Assembly (NCBI GenBank): GCA_028534125.1 | Contig: CM052816.1 | Location: 64,482,001 to 64,546,000, forward strand | Length of the DNA stretch: 64,000 nt | Reading direction: 5' to 3' | Source of the DNA: Lama glama | Taxonomy: Eukaryota | Shown: positions 12,411 to 24,918 of the stretch, piece after piece | Position numbering within the stretch: the stretch's first letter is position 1 | Layout: the number at the start of each line of letters is the position of its first letter | The notes under the pieces: model-generated | Told to the model about the DNA's origin: nothing | Databases searched by the model: none | The model's input: only the letters and a program-made list of their open reading frames with translations | Program-made: the position numbers and the translations under genes

Positions 12411-14189
12411 TTGTGCAGCCATACTGTGGCTTATTAACAGATAGACATTTGGGTTGTTTCTAGTCTCTCACTAAGCCATATTTACTATTTCTAGTATGAA
12501 CAGCCCTGTGAATTACACCAAATTGAGTATTTGCCAGCTTGCGTACACCAGATGTATTTGAGTAGATTTCTAGAAGTTGGATTACTAAGGCAGAGGGCAA
12601 AGGCATATATATTCTGCTGTCTCAGAGAGAATGGGTTATTCACTGCCCTTCTTACCTCCCTTCTCCCCTTCTTCCCCCACACTCAGTGCCTAGCATACCT
12701 AGCACATAACAGATGCTCAATATATATCTGATGAATTAATGAATTTGGCTCTGTATATTCACTTTACTAACTGCTGAATAAACAGATTAACTCTGTATTT
12801 TGCAACTGTATTATAAATCCAAATCTAAACTTAAATAGTAGGTGATCAAGGATAAATCATATTCCATCATTAATAAAACAAATTCTGATTCCAAATGACT
12901 TAAAGCCCTTCTCTTCATATGCTGAAAAAGGTTTTATAACTTGCAAAGTGAGAAAAGACAGGTACAAACTTATTTACACTTTTGGGAGCTTATACTAGTT
13001 TTTAAAAAATTAATGAAGTAAAGATGACTCAGTTTGCTCTTTTGAAAATTAAGAAAAAATTATTTTTCTCTTTTTCTTTGTGTACCTTTCACCTGTCACC
13101 GGTAACTATTTGACTTAAATTACATCACTACTCAAATACAGAGTTCCTAACTTAGAAAGGCTTTAAGGTAAGAAAGTTTAATAATAAATCAATTATTTTG
13201 AACCTAAAACATTTTCCCCCCAGAGAAACCATATTATAATGATGGTTATACTCCCTGCTTAGTATATTAAGCAATTTAACCAGAGTGTAGCACATTTGCA
13301 ACAAAAAATACAATGTGATATAATCACAAAACATCATCCATAGTGACTATGACTGACCAAGAGTTGAAAACAAGCTGCTGACATCTCAGAGGGGCTGCTT
13401 GTGCTGTTTCCCCAAAGAGGCAAGTGTACTGTGGGGCAGTAGATGGGTAAGTGACCCTCAGTTACTTCAAATGGAGCTCAGGACTCCACTCCCTCAACTT
13501 CCAAAGAGTGTTCAAGCATTTCCCTTCTTATGAGATTGGAGAAGGTAGAAAGAAGAGGATAGGCTTGGGGAAGGGTGGGTAGTGGTAGGGAGTAGGAGGA
13601 GGTAACCATGTGGCCAACTGGACAAGCAGGAATCAGAAGAACCACCACCACTACACCAGTAATAACAACATCCACTTCAGGCAATGGGAGTAGCACCAAC
13701 AGACAGGCAGTTCAGGGGATGTCTGCAGCAACTATATCGGGAGCAGAGTGGAATTCCCAGAAGAGTAGTCGCTGATGAAACCAACCGAAATGACACTGAG
13801 GGAAGGAGGGACGATAAAAGGGGGGAACTACAGTAACATCTTAAGATATGAAAAGGCTAGAATATTAATTAGGATTGTAGAGTGAGTTCTAAAGGTCAGG
13901 CAATCAGGGATGCAAGCAGGTGTAAGCTCAAGTGGGCATCGGTGGTGGCCAGGCTTCCTTTTAGGTTTGGCGCCAGGGGAAAAAGAAAGGCTCAGGAGTA
14001 TCTCAGCAGTGATGCAGACAGGAAGATGAAGGTGGGGTGAAAATTCTCATGGGAACTGGGGGATAGGGCAGCAAAATGGTCACTGAGAAATTAAGAACAA
14101 AGGCAAAAGGAAATGAAGGGCAGAGAAGGAAGGGGTTTCCTAAGGCACTGGCCAAGAGACCTCAGTTGGACTCTCTCTTTCCCTAATTT

Positions 14190-14340
14190 ACATACTCATT
14201 TCATATAACTGAACAGTAATCTGAGCTAGGCACTGTTCTAGATCCTGAAGATAAGGCAACAGACAGGAGGCAGTCTCTGCTCTCATTAGGCTTAAATTCC
14301 AGTAGGAAGAGACCAATGATAAACCAACAAATAACACAGC
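14190..14340 (-). mobile_element. L2 3' fragment
   Basis: ctaggcactgttctagat...gtctctgctctcattaggctta. Confidence 0.7.
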
Positions 14341-14853
14341 CAATGATCATAAGCTAACAGATGACTGCCTGCTATTGCCATGTTCTCACTTAATCAGCCT
14401 GCCCTTTAGATTTACTAAGAAACAGGAAACTTGAAATAGTAGTAAACTTGCAAAGGAGTAAAGAGAACTTTTCCAGTTCCTTTCAAATGTTCTTTTTTCC
14501 CTTCGAAATTACTTTTTTTCTACAAAAATAATATATCGTGAAACAAATACTGAAATTTAAACAAAAATCCACAAACTCAAAAATGTAAATCTCCTTTAAT
14601 TTCATATCCACTGTTAGAAAGTTTGAAGTATATCATTACAGACTTTCCGCTATAATACATACAGATTTACAATATGAGTATAATGTATCTCATTTACAAG
14701 TGTATGTGTATAATTATAAATATATACTATGCACACTGTTCCATAACCCGATTTTCACTCATTATTTTCCAGACATCTTTTTGCATCAAAATATAGGTGT
14801 ATGTTATCCTTTTTGTTAAATCAATGAATACTACTTATCCTTTAGTATTCCTA

Positions 14854-15303
14854 TTTTTTAAATTGAAGTGGAGGTGACTTACAAAATTGTATTAGTTTCA
14901 GGTGTACAACACAGAGATTTGGTATTTTTATAGACTATATGCCATATAAAGTTATTATAAAACATTGGCTATAGTCCCTGTGCTGTAGACTATATCCTTA
15001 TAACTTATTTAGTTTATACCTAGTAGTGTACCTCTGAATCCACTTCATCTATCTTGCCCCTTCCTCCACCCCTCTCACTTCTGGTAACCAATAATTTGTT
15101 CTCTGTATCTGTGAGTCTGTTTCTGTTTTGTTATTATACTTATTCATTTGTTTTATTTTTCAGATTCTACATGTAAGTGAAAACATAAATATTTGTCTTT
15201 CTCTGTCTGACTTATTTCACTTAGCATAATACCCTCTAGGGTCATCCATATTGTCACAAATGGCAAGATTTCATTTTTCATGGCTGAGTAATATTCTGCT
15301 GTG

Positions 15304-15344
<41 letters not shown>

Positions 15345-15950
15345 TATATCTTCTTTATTTGTTCATCTATTGGTAGGCACTTAGGTGGCTTTCATAACTT
15401 GGCTATTATAAATAAGGCTGCAAAGAGCATTGGGGGTGCATGTATCTTTTCTACTTACTATTTTTGTTTTCTTTAGATAAATACCCAGGAGTAAAACTGC
15501 TTGCCATATGGTAGTTCTACTTTTAATTTTTTGAGGAGCCTACATATTGTTTTCTATGGTGGCTGCACCAATTTACATTCCCACCAACAGTGTAGGAGAG
15601 TTCTCTTCTCTCCACATCCTCACCGATATTTGTTACTTACGGTCTTTTTGGTGACAGTGATTCTGAAAGGTGTGAGGTGGTATCTCTGTGGTTTTGATTT
15701 ACATTTCTCTGATGATTAATGATGCTGAGCATCTTTTCATGTGCCTGTTGGCTATCTGTATGTCTTCTTTGGAAAAATGCCTATTCAAGCCCTCTACCCA
15801 TTTTTTTTATTGAGTTTTTTTTTATATTGAGTTGCATGAGTTCCTTACATATTTTAAATATTAACTCCTTATCAGACATATCATTGGCAAATGGGTCTTC
15901 TCCCATTCAGTGGGTTGCCTTTTCATTTTGTTGATGGTTTCCTTCACTGC
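14854..15950 (-). mobile_element. L1 3' end (about 1.1 kb, ORF2 C-terminus plus 3' UTR), inserted in an older L1ME-type fragment (about 14500-16160)
   Basis: ORF 15153-15344 gives EYYSAMKNEILPFVTIWMTLEGIMLSEISQ (L1 ORF2 C-terminus); T-rich tail at the left end. Confidence 0.93.
15304..15344. repeat. Compound (TA)n(CA)n microsatellite
   Basis: Read directly. Confidence 0.95.
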
Positions 15951-16167
15951 ATATATTCTTCTTCTTAATGGCTACAGAGTAGCTAGTCTTTCATTGTACA
16001 GAAGTAACAATTTATTCACTCAATCCCCTACAGACGGATGTTTAGGATGCTTCATATTTTACATCACTACAAACAACATTCTTGTATAAAATATTTACAT
16101 ATTTGCCATTATTCCTTAGTATACCTTCTCATGACTAGAACTACAACATCAAAAGGTTCCCATATAT

Positions 16168-16331
16168 AGTCCTTCCCTTGGTATCTGTGGGGGAATGGCT
16201 TCTGGACCCCTTTGGACACCAAAATCTGTAGATACTCAGCTCTTACAGCTGGCCTTCCATATCTGAGGTTTTCACACATGCAGATTCAACCAACAGCATA
16301 TCTGATCCTATGGAGATGGAGGGCCAACTGC
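16168..16331. mobile_element. MER2/Tigger2-family MITE
   Basis: agtccttcccttggtatctgtggggga...gattcaaccaac...gatggagggccaactg. Confidence 0.75.
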
Positions 16332-16599
16332 ATTTGGGAAACTGATCTCTAAAGAGTCAACATCAACTTACACCTGTACTTACGGTAAAAGAGAACACAT
16401 GTTTTCCCACATATATTTATATGTTAATATATATTGTTAAAATTTCTTATCTAATTATTTAAAATCTACCCTCCAGTCCCTTTTTGGTTTGCCTTTGATT
16501 TTGTTTAAGATTTTTGTTTAAGTAAAAAAGTAAACATTTCTTGTTCTGTCAAATTTGTCAGTCTTTTCATTATGGTATCTGGCTTAGATGTCATGTCAC

Positions 16600-16820
16600 T
16601 CCCTCTTCATCTTGCTTGTTCCCTTTTATCCTTCAGGTCTCCACCTAAATATCATCTCCACAGAGCAGCTTCACTAAGCATCTCATGTAAAGAGAGCTGT
16701 CCCTGTTATTCCTTCTTAGAATCTTTGCTTTTTCCTTCAGAGCCCTTTTTAATTGTAATGGTCCATTTTTTGGTATTTGCTATGTGTCTGTCTTTCCCAC
16801 TAGAATACAGTCTGTAGAAC
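16600..16820 (+). mobile_element. L2 3' fragment
   Basis: atccttcaggtctc...tgtctgtctttcccactagaat. Confidence 0.65.
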
Positions 16821-18522
16821 ACTGTAATAATATGGCAATTTTGGCCACTAAGTCAGGCAAGTTGTATATGATCTTTGAGGAAATTCTGGTTCAAGGACTT
16901 GCAGTATTGTTTTTATAACACTCAAGGGTGTATCCACATGCTGTATCTCAAGAATTTTTGATGGTCTCAAAATCCATCATTAGTTCACTTTCAAAAATGA
17001 ATACATGCTATATTACTAACTTAGGATAAAAAGGAGAAGTGTTCTGATGCCAAAGCACCCAAAAAGTTAGGAACTTGTAACAGTTTCTTTCTGGTATTTA
17101 GGCACAAGGCTGGGCAACAGTGAGAGTCAATTCTTTGAACAGTAGCAGTTAATAAGGACACAAACAATGCTAGCATAGGATGTTTTGCCACTTGCTAGAT
17201 AAAAGAGTTCACATGGAAGATATTAAAGTCAGACCCCCCTTTTCATTCTGGCAATAAAATTCTCTCTTACTCAGATAGGATGATATTTTTTATTGTAATT
17301 CTTAAGAATGTCTCTTTCCTTTTAGACAAAGAAATCGTTTAATTGTGGCAAGAGCCTAGTAATGCTCCTATCTGGGAATTTTTCTCAAGAATACCTGTAA
17401 ATAAGGATTCAAAAGTCCAATACAAATTTAAACTGAACAACAGCTGAGTTCTATTTTCATAGTGTAGGTTAATAGTATTTACATTCTAGGATTATCTTCA
17501 CTTTTGCTTCTTAAATTGAGGCAACTGTGATGTTCTGTGAATCTATGTAATATAATAACCTTCACTGAATATATCATTAGACTTATTACATGCAAATATT
17601 TTTCCAATACACAAATGAATTTTGTTAACAAGTATTACTCTAGTGTGGTAATATGCCATGACTTTTTATAATTACATTTAAATTATTATGCAATGTAAAT
17701 TTCTTGGTAAAAATATCCATCTGGTAATAAAAATTTGGAAGTCATTCAATAGAAAATCTTAGTAAAGTTATTTTCAACAAACACATATGAAATGAAATGT
17801 TTTTATGATAAACTGTCATATAACTTGGTGACCAGAGAAAATGCAATTAGACTGACTTGTAAAGGAGACAATGACTGAACCCTTATGCTTATTAGTCCTC
17901 ACTAAATTATACCTTTTCCTTGTCTTAAGAAGAGAAACTGTCAAAACAAATAATTACAGAAAAGCTAGAAATAGTGTGAAAGAGGACAGGACAAAAAACT
18001 TAATTTTCTTATTTAACATTTCACCTTATATCCAACTGTGCAATTCAGAAAACATTTAACTTCATTACTGCATATTAAGAACTTCATACACTAAGGATGA
18101 AAAGTGATTTTTAACCCAATAAAAGTATTTAAACACAAATAAAAAAACATTCTTATAAATAAAAAAGAAATTAAATTAAGCAAATATCTAAATTTGTGGC
18201 ATTTATTTTAAGTAAAAAGCACTTCTACATCTTCCATCAGACACAGAGTTTTCTTTTAGTACTACTGTATTTTGGCTCTTAGTATAATCAAACTTCTAAG
18301 CTAATGATAACTGAATGCACAGAATTTGGAGCACATTTAGTACAAAATGCAATGATCTGTAATACTATTTTATAATGTGTAGGTTATTTATTATCATTGT
18401 AGCCAGGCTTTAAGGGTATCTAAGATCAAAAGCAGAAGAATTAGACCATAATAAATAAAACTAGTCATTTCTAAATGTTAAAATATATAAGCTTATATTT
18501 AATACACAACTAGCAACAAGGT

Positions 18523-19508
18523 CTTTTGTGTACTGAAGTACAGTCAATTTACAATGTTGTGTCAATTTCTGGTGTACAGCATGTTTCAGTCACATAAATT
18601 TGTTTTCATATTTTTTTCATTATAGGTTACTACAAGATATTGAATATAGTTCCCTGTGCTATACAGTATAAACTTGTTNNNNNNNNNNNNNNNNNNNNNN
18701 NNNNNNNNNNNNNNNNNNNNNNNNNNNNNNNNNNNNNNNNNNNNNNNNNNNNNNNNNNNNNNNNNNNNNNNNNNNNNNACTTCTTTATCCATTCATCTGT
18801 TGATGGACATTTAGGTTGTTTCCATGCCTTGGCTACTGTAAATAGTGCTGCTATGAACATTGGGGTGCAGGTGTCTTTTTGAATTAGAGTTCCCTCTGGA
18901 TGTATGCCCAGGAGTGGGATTGCTGGATCATATGGTAAGTCTATTTTCAGTCTTTTGAGGAATCTCCATACTGTTTTCCATAATGGCTGCACCAAACTAC
19001 ACTCCCATTAACAGTGTGGGAGGGTTTCCTTTTCTCCGCACCTTCTCTAGCATTTATCATTTGTGGACTTTTGAATCATGGCCATTCGGATTGGTGTGAG
19101 GTGATACCTCATTGTAATTTTGGTTTGAATACCTCCGATAATTAGGAATGTTGAGCATTTTTTTTTCATGTGCCTATTGGGTATTTGTATGTCTTCATTG
19201 GAGAATTGCTTGTTTAGGTCTCCTGCCCATTTTTGGATTGGGTTGTTTGTTTTTTTGTTATTAAGTTGTATGAGCTGTTTGTATATTCTAGAAATTAAGC
19301 CCTTTTCAGTTGCATCATTTGCAAATATTTTTCCCATCCTGTACGTTGTTTTTTTGTTTGTTTATAAGTGCAAAAGTTTATAAGTTTAATTAGGTCCCAT
19401 TTGTTTATTTTTGCTTTTATTTCTACTGCCTGGGTAAACTGCCCTATGAGAACATTGCTAAGATTTATGTCACAGAATGTTTTGCCAATGTTTTCTTCTA
19501 GGTTTATA
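18523..19508 (-). mobile_element. Relatively young L1 3' end containing a 100-N gap (18679-18778)
   Basis: ORFs 18630-18995 ([30 protein letters not shown]) and 19047-19337 are L1 ORF2 C-terminal peptides. Confidence 0.95.
18679..18778. other. Assembly gap (100 N)
   Basis: Run of N. Confidence 1.
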
Positions 19509-19604
19509 AGGTCTGCAACAAGCTGTTGTTTTGTTTTTGTTTTTAATATTCAACTCTTTTTTGTTGTTAGTTATTTAGATTCTTTGCATTTGTTAAAAAT
19601 TTTC

Positions 19605-22600
19605 TAGCTCTATTGAGGTATAATTTAAAAATAAAACTCTAACATAGTTAAAGTATACAAAATGATTTGATATGCAATGTATTGTGAAAGGACACCCCTA
19701 TTGGGTTAATTAACAAATCCATCACCTTAAATATTTAACTTTTTTCTTTTTTTGAGAACATTTATGTTCTACACTGTTAGTATATTTCAACTATAAAATA
19801 CAGTGTTATCAACTATAGTCACTATGTAATACTTTAGAACCTCAGGGCTTATTCATCTTATAAATGAAAATTAGTACATATTGTGGGCATAGAGGAACAT
19901 ACTTCAACATAATAAAGGCCATATATGACAAACCCACAGCTAACATCATACTCAGTGGTGAAAAACTGAGAGCATTCCAAGATCAGGAACAAGACAAGGA
20001 TGCCCACTCTTGCTACTTTTATTCAACAGAGTCTTGGAAGTCCTAGCCACAAAAATCAGAGAATAAATAAAGGGAACCCAAATTGGAAAGGAAGAAGTAA
20101 AACTGTCACTATTTGCAGATGATATAATACTATATATAGAAAATCCTAAGATGCCACCAGAAAACTACTAGAGCTCATCAATGAATTCAGTAAAGTTATG
20201 GGATACAAAATTAATATACAGATATATGTTACATTTCTATAAACTAACAATGAAATGTCATAAAGAGAAATTAAGGAAACAATCCCATTTATTTGCCATT
20301 GCATCAAAAAGAATAAAATACCAAGGAATAAACTTATCTAAGGAGGCAAAAGACCTGCACTCCAAAAACTGTAAGATGCTGATGAAAGAAGATGAAGATG
20401 GAGAGATATACCATGTCTTAGGATTGGAAGAATCAATACTGTTAAAAGGCCATACTACCCAAGGCAATATACAGATTCAGTGCAACCTCTATTAAACTAC
20501 TAATGGCATTTTTCACAGGACTAAAACAAAATATTTTAAAATCTGTATGGAAACACAAAAATTTGAATAGCCAAAACAATCTCGAGAAAAAATGAAGCTG
20601 GAGGAATTATGCTCCCTGACTTCAGACTATACTGCAAAGCTACAGTAATCAAAACAGTATGGTATTGGCACAAAAACAGTCATGTAGATTAATAGAGTAG
20701 GGTAGAAAGCCCAGAAGTAAACCCACACACTTATGGGCAATTAATCTATGACAAAGGAGGCAATAATATACAGTGGAAAAAGACAGTCTCTTCAATAAGT
20801 GGTGCTAGGGAAACTGGACAGCTAAGTGTAAAAGAATGAAATTAGAACATTCTCTAACACTATATTAAAAAATAAACTCAAAATGGACTAAAGACCTAAA
20901 TTTAAGATCAGATACTCTAAAATTCCTAGGGGAAAACATAGGTAGAACATCTTTTGACATAAATCACAGCAATATTTCTTTTTGGAGCCATATCCTAGAG
21001 TAATGGAAACAAAAGCAAAAATAAGCAAATGGGACCTAATCAACCTCAAAAACTTTCGCACAGCAAAGGAAGCCACAAACAAAATGAAAAGAAAGCCTAC
21101 AGAATGGTAGAAAATATTTTCAAACGATGTGACCAACAAGGGATTAATTTCCAAAATAAACAAACAACTCATACAGCTCAATATCAAAACAACAACAAAA
21201 CCCCAAAACAAATAGCTCAATCAAAAAATGGCAGAAGACATAAATTGACATTTCTCCAAAGAAGACATACAGATGGCCAACAAGCACATGAAAAGATGCT
21301 GAATACTGCTAATCATTAGAGAAATGCAAATCAAAACTACAATAAAGTATCACCTCACAGAGGTCAGAATGTCCTTCATCAAAAAGTCTACAAATAATAA
21401 ATGCTTGAGAGGGTGTAGAGAAAAGGGAACCTTTTTACACTGTTGGTGGGAATGTAAATTGGTGCAACCACTACAGAGAACAGTATGGAGGTTCCATAAA
21501 AAAATTAAAATCAGATCCAGCAATCCCACTCCTCAGCATATATCTGGAGAAAACTCTAATTCGAAAAGATACATGCACCCCAGGGTTCATAGAAGCACTA
21601 TTTACAATAGCCAAGGCATGAAAGCAACCTAATGTCCATCAACAGATGAATGGATAAAGAAGATGTGGTATATATATGTATATGTGCACGTATATGTATA
21701 TATACAATGGAATATTACTCAGCCATAAATAAAGAATGAAATAATGCCATATGCAGCAACATGAATGGACCTAGAGATTATCATTCTAAGTGAAGTAAGT
21801 CAGGCAGAGAAAGACAAATATCATATCACTTATATGTGATACCTAAAATATGATACAAATGAACTTATTTACAAAACAGAAATAGATTCACAGACAAAAA
21901 AAAAAATTTATGATTACCAGAGGGGAGGGGTGGGAGGGATAAATTGAGAGTTTGGGATTAACAAATACACATTACTATATATAAAATAAACAACAAGGAC
22001 CTACTGTATAGCACAGGAAACTATATTCAGTATCTTGTAATAATCTATAATGGAAAAGAATCTGAAAATATATGTAACTGAATTTGTTTGCTGTACATCT
22101 GAAACTAACACAACATTGTAAATCAACTATATTTCAATTTAAAAAAAAAAGAAAGTTAGTACTTTTTTTAACCCGTCTTTAACTATTTCTCATATCTCCC
22201 AGACCCTAGAAACCAACATACTATTCTCTATTTCTATGAGTTTAACATTTTTAAAAAAGATTTTTACATATAAGTTTTACCATGAATAATTTGTCCCTGT
22301 CTGGCTTATTTCACTTATTACAGTTTTACACTGTGTATCCATTCACAAATTATTATAAGCATAGTTATTTTTAATACTTTTGTCTTTTCATCTTCATACT
22401 AGAGTTATAAATTATTTACTGACTACTATTACAACATTAGAGAATTCTGATTTTAAGTATGCATTTACTTTTACCAGTGCTTTTATATTTTCATGTTTTC
22501 TTGCTATTAATTAATATCCCTAAATCAGCTTGAATAACTCCCTTTAACTTTTTTTTTTAAGGACTATATTGTGCTGATGAACTCCTTTAGCTTTTGTTTG

Positions 22601-24125
22601 TCTGGAAAACTACCTTTCTTTCAATTCTGAAGGACAAGTTGGCTGGGTAAAAAGTTCTTGGTTGGCAGTTTTTTCTTATTCTTTTTCTTTGATTATATCA
22701 TGGCACTCGCTTCTAACTTTCAAAGTTTCTGCTTAAATATCTGCTCATAGTCTTATAGGGGTTCCCTTGTATACAGTACGTTGCTTTTCCATTGTTGCTT
22801 TTAAGATTCTCTCCTTGTCTTTAACTTTTGACAATTTAATTGTAATGTGTCTCTACGGGATTTCTTTAGATTCCTCTAATTTGGAACTCTCTGCGCTTCC
22901 TGGATCTGGACTGTTTCTTTCCCCAGGTTAGAAAAGTTTTCAGTCATTATTTCTTTAAATAAGCTTTCTGAACTTTTCTCTCTTCTCCTTCTGGTATCCC
23001 TGTAACGTGTGTACTGGTCTTCATGATGATGTCCGGTAAGTCTTTAAAACTCTCATTCTTTTTCATTTTTCTTCCTTACTGCCTCTCTGACTGAATGAAT
23101 TCTACTGCCCTGTCTTCAAGTTCACTGATCCTTTCTTCTGCTTGATTTGGTCTGCTGTAGAACCTCTGTATTGAATTATTCAGTTCAATTATTGTATTCT
23201 CTCATTTTATGATTTTTGTTTGATATGTTTACATTTTCTTTGTTTCTGAAATTCTCACTTTGTTCATGCATTGCTCTTCTGACCTTGGTGAGCATCTTTA
23301 TGACTGTTATTCCTCTGTTTCTTCATTTTCCTTGACTCTCCATGTTGTTTTTTGCTTATTAGATATAACAGCCCCCTCCCAGTTTTCACATAGTGGTCTC
23401 AAGTAGATGAACCTCATCAATTAGCCCAGCCTGAACTCCAGACCATCTCTCAGACATTTGTGATTGTCCAAGCCACATTTTTTATCTTAGTGGCTCCCAA
23501 CAGTTGAGGGTGTGTCAAAACTCATCAATGTCCCAAAAGGGAGAATTGTTTTGAACACCTAGATGTAGGCTGATTGGAAGCTGAATCCATAGGCAGCAGC
23601 TTTCAAAGTATGCAAATAGACCCCTTCCAGGTGAAGACTGGGAAGATGAGTGTTTCTGCTTTCTCCCTCTACACTGAATCCTAGGGGCACAGCTGTGGTG
23701 AATACGCCCTCCCATTAACAACTGTTTCATTGTTTGTTATAGTTTTGTGGGTCTCGTGGATGCAAGTCTCATCAGCTTTAAGAGCTATGTGTTTTGGGGG
23801 CCCACCTCTTAGGTGGGAATCTTAAAAGTTGGGTGCTAAATGTGATATCCAAGTCCTTTGTTTCTCAGGGAGAAGCAAAGGGGAGTTTCCTTAGGGGAGT
23901 TTCTTCCCCATTGTATGACACTGTGACAGGGGTGAGGTTTATGGCAATGGTGTGTAAGGTAAGACTGTTTCAATGTGGGTAATTTTTCATTCCCCCCTTG
24001 TGTAGGGACTGCTCATCTAGCTTCCAGTTTTCTTTCAGAAGTAACTGCTCCATGTGTAGCTGTTTATTTAATGTGTCTGTGGGTGGAGGAGAGTTGGAAC
24101 CTCCTATGTCACCACCTTGGTTAGC
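19605..24125 (-). mobile_element. Older L1MA-type element: 5' UTR and ORF1 (about 22320-24125) joined to a 3' end (19605-19878 and 22163-22318), with ORF2 absent
   Basis: 3' UTR motifs (ttgaggtataattt...ctattctctatttctatgagtt...ctggcttatttcactta) abut inter-ORF/ORF1 antisense motifs (ctgaaggacaagttggctgggta; ttttcagtcattatttctttaaat) and a 5' end ctcctatgtcaccaccttgg. Confidence 0.75.
19879..22150 (+). mobile_element. 5'-truncated L1 (about 2.27 kb, ORF2 RT/C-terminus plus 3' UTR and poly-A) with TSD
   Basis: [23 protein letters not shown] (ORF2 RT region); poly-A at 22141-22150; TSD gaaaattagtac (about 19867-19878) / gaaagttagtac (22151-22162). Confidence 0.95.
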
Positions 24126-24594
24126 CCTGTGTAGCAAGCTTGTGTTCCATTTTTCGAGAGGGGTCTAATTACTTTAATCTGAAGATCTGAGAATCTGAAG
24201 CTCTTTAATTAAAACTGCTTTGCCAATAAGGGTATTTTAAAATATAAATTTTATTCTATTTTAAAACTCTTTGTGGGACCATCTATTAGACATAGAAGTA
24301 CTTTCTCTCTAGTTAAATATTAAAGCAAAATTATTGATATGGGTCTTGAATCTAATGGGCTAGAAAAATTATTTTTTAAATAAGAAATAATAGTCCTAGC
24401 ATAAAATTTGAATGATTCATAAAGATTTAGAGTTAAAAACTATTATTTTCCCAGTACATGCCCAGCTATCTAGTTCTCCCCCAAGAAGAAACCACTATGT
24501 TCTTCCAGCTAATGGAAGCATAATTTCAAGTTTTCTTTGTCTTGATAAAACATGATAGAGAATATCTAGATTTTAACATGTGAGGCTCTTAAGT

Positions 24595-24658
24595 GTAGAC
24601 TCAAAATTTTAATAGTGTGAAAGGGAGTAGACTCAAAATTTTGATAGTGTGAAAGGGA
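24595..24658. repeat. 32-bp tandem duplication (2 copies, 1 mismatch)
   Basis: gtagactcaaaatttt(a/g)atagtgtgaaaggga x2. Confidence 0.95.
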
Positions 24659-24724
24659 AAATAAAGACAGAAATACAGAAACAAGGTAGACACATTCTGG
24701 AGTGCCATGAGGCAAAAGCAGCTG

Positions 24725-24918
24725 AATCCGAAAGAACACTCTTATGATGACAGAAATGTTCTAATCTGTGCAATATGGTGGCCACTAGCCATATATGGCT
24801 ACTGAGCATTTCAAATGTGGTAGTTATGACTAAGGAATTAAATTTTAAATTTTATTTAATTTTAATTAATTCAAATTGTAATAGCCTTACATGGCTAGTG
24901 CCTACTGTACTGGAGTAG
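24725..24918. mobile_element. MER3-like hAT MITE
   Basis: gaaatgttcta...caatatggtggccactagccatatatggctactgagca...catggctagtg. Confidence 0.8.

Noticed and set aside
18586..21632. Cluster of 60-120 aa ORFs resembling reverse-transcriptase proteins
   Set aside because: Frameshifted fragments of 5'-truncated L1 ORF2 or their antisense frames; no intact autonomous element.
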